DNA of 64,000 bases, taken from the NCBI GenBank assembly GCA_018238155.1, contig JABCTZ010000041.1, positions 48,540 through 112,539 on the forward strand, given 5' to 3'. This document shows positions 60,864 to 64,000 of this stretch, one piece after another. Source of the DNA: Candidatus Heimdallarchaeota archaeon. Its GTDB lineage: Archaea > Asgardarchaeota > Heimdallarchaeia > JABLTI01. The position numbers and the translations under genes were made by a program. Within the stretch, counting starts at the first letter, position 1; every line of letters begins with the position of its first letter. Under the pieces are notes generated by a model that did not search any database, was not told the origin of the DNA, and worked only from the letters and a program-made list of their open reading frames with translations.

Positions 60864-60960
60864 GAAGAAAAGATTCGTGAAGAAAAGATTCGTGAAGAAA
60901 AGATTCGTGAAGAAAAGATTCGTGAAGAAAAGATTCGTGAAGAAAAGATTCGTGAAGAAA
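60864..60960. repeat. 15-bp perfect tandem repeat (GAAGAAAAGATTCGT) x6 plus 7 nt
   Basis: Read directly from the sequence. It begins 20 nt upstream of the 60843 start codon. Confidence 0.95.
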
Positions 60961-61341
60961 TACACTCTTTCTTACCATACTCTCTCACTCTTCAATACTT
61001 CCTTTCACACAAGTATTATTGACAGTATTCTCATAGAGATATTTAAGTTTTGTGAAATTTTGTCGCTTGTGACTACAACCATGTAAAGCTATAATTTTTA
61101 CCAACAATCTTTCTTGTAAACTATTTTTTTTTATTATGAGAAAACATTCATCAAAACGAAATCAAAAGTTGAAAAGAGAAAATAATTAATTATGTAAATA
61201 GTTAGAATAAATTTGGATACGAACTTTAGAATTGTTATGAAAGCAAATCATTTCTCCTTTTTTGTCCAGAAAAAGGTTCCAAGCAAAAAAACCGTGATGA
61301 AAAAAAGAAAAAAACTAGTTTTGATTAATTATTCCAAACAA

Positions 61342-62691
61342 TCATTCATTGCGTTTCTCCATACGAAAAGTATTGACCATCTTTTCCCTTTTTCTATTTT
61401 TCTTTTTCTTGATGATAAATGGAAGCGCAAGTAGTGTCCCTATTATAGGGATGGAAATTAAAGCAATGATAAGTCCTGTGTAATTCCTTGGAGGATTACC
61501 ACTATAGAAAGTCAAGTTCAAAATCACAATGCCATCAAGTGAAGTTTGTAGATAAAGATACTTCTCATAGAAAAAGACACCATAAAGAGTACTAACTGCT
61601 GTAAATTGTCCTATTTGGATGGGATTAGAAGGATCACTCACATCGAGAATATATAAACCATTCATACCGACTGCTTCGAAAACATACTGCTCGTTCACAA
61701 AGATGCCATGAACAAATTCTTCATTTCCCCTATCACCTATTGGCTTTGTTCCACCGTAATAATGACCGATTCTTACCAGATGAGCGCTATCTGTAATATC
61801 GAGTATGAAGAGTCCATAGTAAGTAGTGCTAAGATACGCATATGAACCATTTAGTGTGATACTTGATCCATACATATCACCATATATCTCATCCTCAAAG
61901 TGGCTAACTTTTACAGGATTCTGAGGAACACTTATGTCAATAACCTCTAAAGTAGTTTCAGAATCAGTCACAAAGGCAAGCGATCCCTTGAGAGCAAGGT
62001 CCCAAGCATCCCCACCATCATTAAAACAACCCACCTCTACGGGTTGGGTTGGATCGCTAATATTAACGATAACCAAACCATTGCTGTGAGCAGCTAAGTA
62101 GGCATAGTCTTCCTGCAAAACAAGAGCCCTAACAGCATCTGAGGTATTACACTGACCAACTTTCGTGATACTGTCAAGATCACTAATATTCAGAATCTCT
62201 AAACCATCGTTACTTGCAAGGTAAAGGTAGCTACCTTGTAATGCAAGGGTATTCATTCTAGCAGTTTCGACAACATACTCTGCAACGAATGTCGGTGCAC
62301 TTCGATTGCTCACATCGATAACTGTAGGATTGTGATTAATAATGGTGTAGATGTAATTATCTTCCATGGCAAACCCCAACCCACGAGCGTACATGTCAGA
62401 AGGATATTGTGCCAGTAGTATTGTTCCCACATAATCATTAGTTTGCATGGTTTGTTTATCCTTTTGAAGTGCAGCTTGTACAGTACCTAACGAAGGAGAA
62501 AACGTCAATGTATGTAAGCTTGAGAAACTTACTAATAAAAGAAGAAAAATAGGATAGGAAGAATTGCTACTACCCAGTAACTTTCGTCGTAGCGAATAAT
62601 TTGCTTTTCGAAACGAATGTTTTTTACTTGCTCGTGTATTTTTTCTATTTATCATAATTTCTATCCTATCCTTACTTTGAAATTTTATCAA
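61342..62691 (-). CDS. LVIVD-repeat surface protein with C-terminal TM
   Basis: GLVIVNISDPTQP and GLYILDVSDPSNP repeats; N- and C-terminal hydrophobic segments. Confidence 0.85.
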   Translation of the reverse strand: MIKFQSKDRIEIMINRKNTRASKKHSFRKANYSLRRKLLGSSNSSYPIFLLLLVSFSSLHTLTFSPSLGTVQAALQKDKQTMQTNDYVGTILLAQYPSDMYARGLGFAMEDNYIYTIINHNPTVIDVSNRSAPTFVAEYVVETARMNTLALQGSYLYLASNDGLEILNISDLDSITKVGQCNTSDAVRALVLQEDYAYLAAHSNGLVIVNISDPTQPVEVGCFNDGGDAWDLALKGSLAFVTDSETTLEVIDISVPQNPVKVSHFEDEIYGDMYGSSITLNGSYAYLSTTYYGLFILDITDSAHLVRIGHYYGGTKPIGDRGNEEFVHGIFVNEQYVFEAVGMNGLYILDVSDPSNPIQIGQFTAVSTLYGVFFYEKYLYLQTSLDGIVILNLTFYSGNPPRNYTGLIIALISIPIIGTLLALPFIIKKKKNRKREKMVNTFRMEKRNE

Positions 62692-62706
62692 TGATTTATG
62701 GTTAGA

Positions 62707-63939
62707 TTAATTGAGTTTGAATTCAACCTTCACCCATTCACTGAAAATCGTATTTATAGTAGTATCTCTACTATCTACATATTCTGCATTAAACCGGAAT
62801 TTTAATCCAAGAGTTTGTCCAGCAAGATCAGTCGTTCTATCATAGCGATAACTTATACTATGACGACTTATTGCATCATATGCATAATTGTATTTATCAT
62901 CTGGATATTTAACACTTTGATCATTTGGTATTAGATTCTGATAATTAATATCTATTGGAACAGCTTCGCCAAGATAACCAGTTTCAAAATCTGGGTTGAC
63001 ATTGCGGGCTCTTAGCTCATCTATGAAATATTCCGTTGCTTTTCCAACAGCAAAACCAGCAATTGCATTGAGTGATAGATAACCTACTACAACACCAATT
63101 GTTTTTGAAAGGGCAGATATAGCAAAATCAGTTGCAGCTACTTTATCTGGAGTTTGAAAATTGGGCCAAAATGAACGATCATCAGGTTTTTCATGCACAA
63201 CGCTCCCAAGAGAATAATCTTCTAAGGCAGTATTGGATTCTTCCATTTCAAAATTTAATTCGAAAAGTGTTCCAGAAGGAGCGGTGAGGGGTCTCACAGT
63301 TGGATCTAAATCATAAGCTAATCGGTCACCTTTGTAATAATACATTATTGTAACATCAAATTCGTTAGCAAAAGTACTACCAAATGATGGGACCAGAACA
63401 TTCCAACCTGTTATAAGCATTACAATAACAAAAAGATCGGTTTCAATTATCGTGTAAGCGATAGTTCCAATTAATGTGTCTGTACCCCCAGTTAAACCAT
63501 TAGGGTGTAAATAGTGTTGAGTATCCTCTGTGTATCCAATAGCGTAAGACTTGCTGACTGCTCGCGAATTCCCTGCTTTATCATAAGCGATTGCTTTCAC
63601 TGTATGTATTGATTTACTGTTATAGCCGCTAACGTCCCAATTATAATCATAAGAACCAGAGGAGAATGTTTCTTTAAGAACATTATCTACATAAATATTT
63701 ACATAGTCTAATTCTTCTAGATCAGATGCAACAACTTTCACTGTTGCGAATTGGTAGCTTTGGGTTATAATTCCACCCGTTGGATCTCTTATAGCAACAT
63801 AAGGTGGAGTAATATCAGCATCTCCATCTCCATTACCACTGTCACCAGGATCTAAAACAAAGCCTGATGCAAAACAACTAGCTGATAAGGTTATCAGTAG
63901 TATAGCAAATAAGTAGTTTTTCAGTATTTTTTTTATCAT
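62707..63939 (-). CDS. Secreted protein: signal peptide, LDPGDSGNG motif, bacterial Ig-like domain, C-terminal domain with a hydrophobic hairpin
   Basis: DITPPYVAI...VNIYVDN...YNWD...HTVKAIAYDKAGN Ig domain; SKTIGVVVGYLSLNAIAGFAVGKA. Confidence 0.7.
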   Translation of the reverse strand: MIKKILKNYLFAILLITLSASCFASGFVLDPGDSGNGDGDADITPPYVAIRDPTGGIITQSYQFATVKVVASDLEELDYVNIYVDNVLKETFSSGSYDYNWDVSGYNSKSIHTVKAIAYDKAGNSRAVSKSYAIGYTEDTQHYLHPNGLTGGTDTLIGTIAYTIIETDLFVIVMLITGWNVLVPSFGSTFANEFDVTIMYYYKGDRLAYDLDPTVRPLTAPSGTLFELNFEMEESNTALEDYSLGSVVHEKPDDRSFWPNFQTPDKVAATDFAISALSKTIGVVVGYLSLNAIAGFAVGKATEYFIDELRARNVNPDFETGYLGEAVPIDINYQNLIPNDQSVKYPDDKYNYAYDAISRHSISYRYDRTTDLAGQTLGLKFRFNAEYVDSRDTTINTIFSEWVKVEFKLN

Positions 63940-63960
63940 TTTCTTATCATTCCTTTTGCG

Positions 63961-64000
63961 AAGAAAAGATTAGTAAAGAAAAGATTAGTAAAGAAAAGAT
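63961..64000. repeat. 15-bp tandem repeat (AAGAAAAGATTAGTA), at least 2.7 copies, running off the window
   Basis: A two-mismatch variant of the 60864-60960 unit, at the same position relative to a start codon. Confidence 0.9.

Noticed and set aside
60864-60960. 15-bp array as a CRISPR array or as a coding (FLHES)n / (KKRFV)n peptide
   Set aside because: There are no spacers. The signal-peptide start at 60843 and the matching leader at 63937 indicate the repeat is upstream non-coding DNA, so ORF 60877-61086 and the N-terminal extension are artefacts.
201-61434. Numerous short antisense or overlapping ORFs in the track (e.g. 1490-1708, 31096-31545, 59624-60001)
   Set aside because: They are shadows of longer, motif-supported genes and carry no independent motifs.

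Overview
AT-rich, gene-dense archaeal chromosomal window, most likely from an Asgard archaeon, probably Heimdallarchaeia. This assignment is inferred from a Rab-like GTPase, longin-like domains, NucS, Mtd, TrmB, and many LVIVD/TSP3/PGF-CTERM-like surface proteins. Core and metabolic genes include AOR, a divergent class I GAPDH, Mtd, a 2-oxoacid:ferredoxin oxidoreductase alpha/beta pair, an FTR/glutaredoxin pair, a mevalonate-pathway kinase with mvaD, NucS and ArsC. There is also an NgoPII/HaeIII-like type II R-M pair and a RelE-type toxin-antitoxin pair. I saw no rRNA, tRNA, CRISPR array or transposase. The most notable part is 51-64 kb. Two secreted precursors share a small clan-CD-like (caspase/gingipain-type) His-Cys protease domain, a (L/F)D(P/S)GG linker and unrelated hydrophobic C-terminal payloads, and each is followed by membrane-protein gene(s). 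This looks like an autoprocessing polymorphic toxin/immunity system. One cassette is bracketed by a perfect 20-bp direct repeat. The second precursor and a third LDPG-motif secreted protein share an identical 35-bp start region fronted by 15-bp tandem repeats. Other leads are a DUF5591 + atypical TGT pair, a possible mu-homology (coat adaptor) protein, and a receptor-like protein with a degenerate RING. All family calls come from motifs read by eye; no database searches were run.
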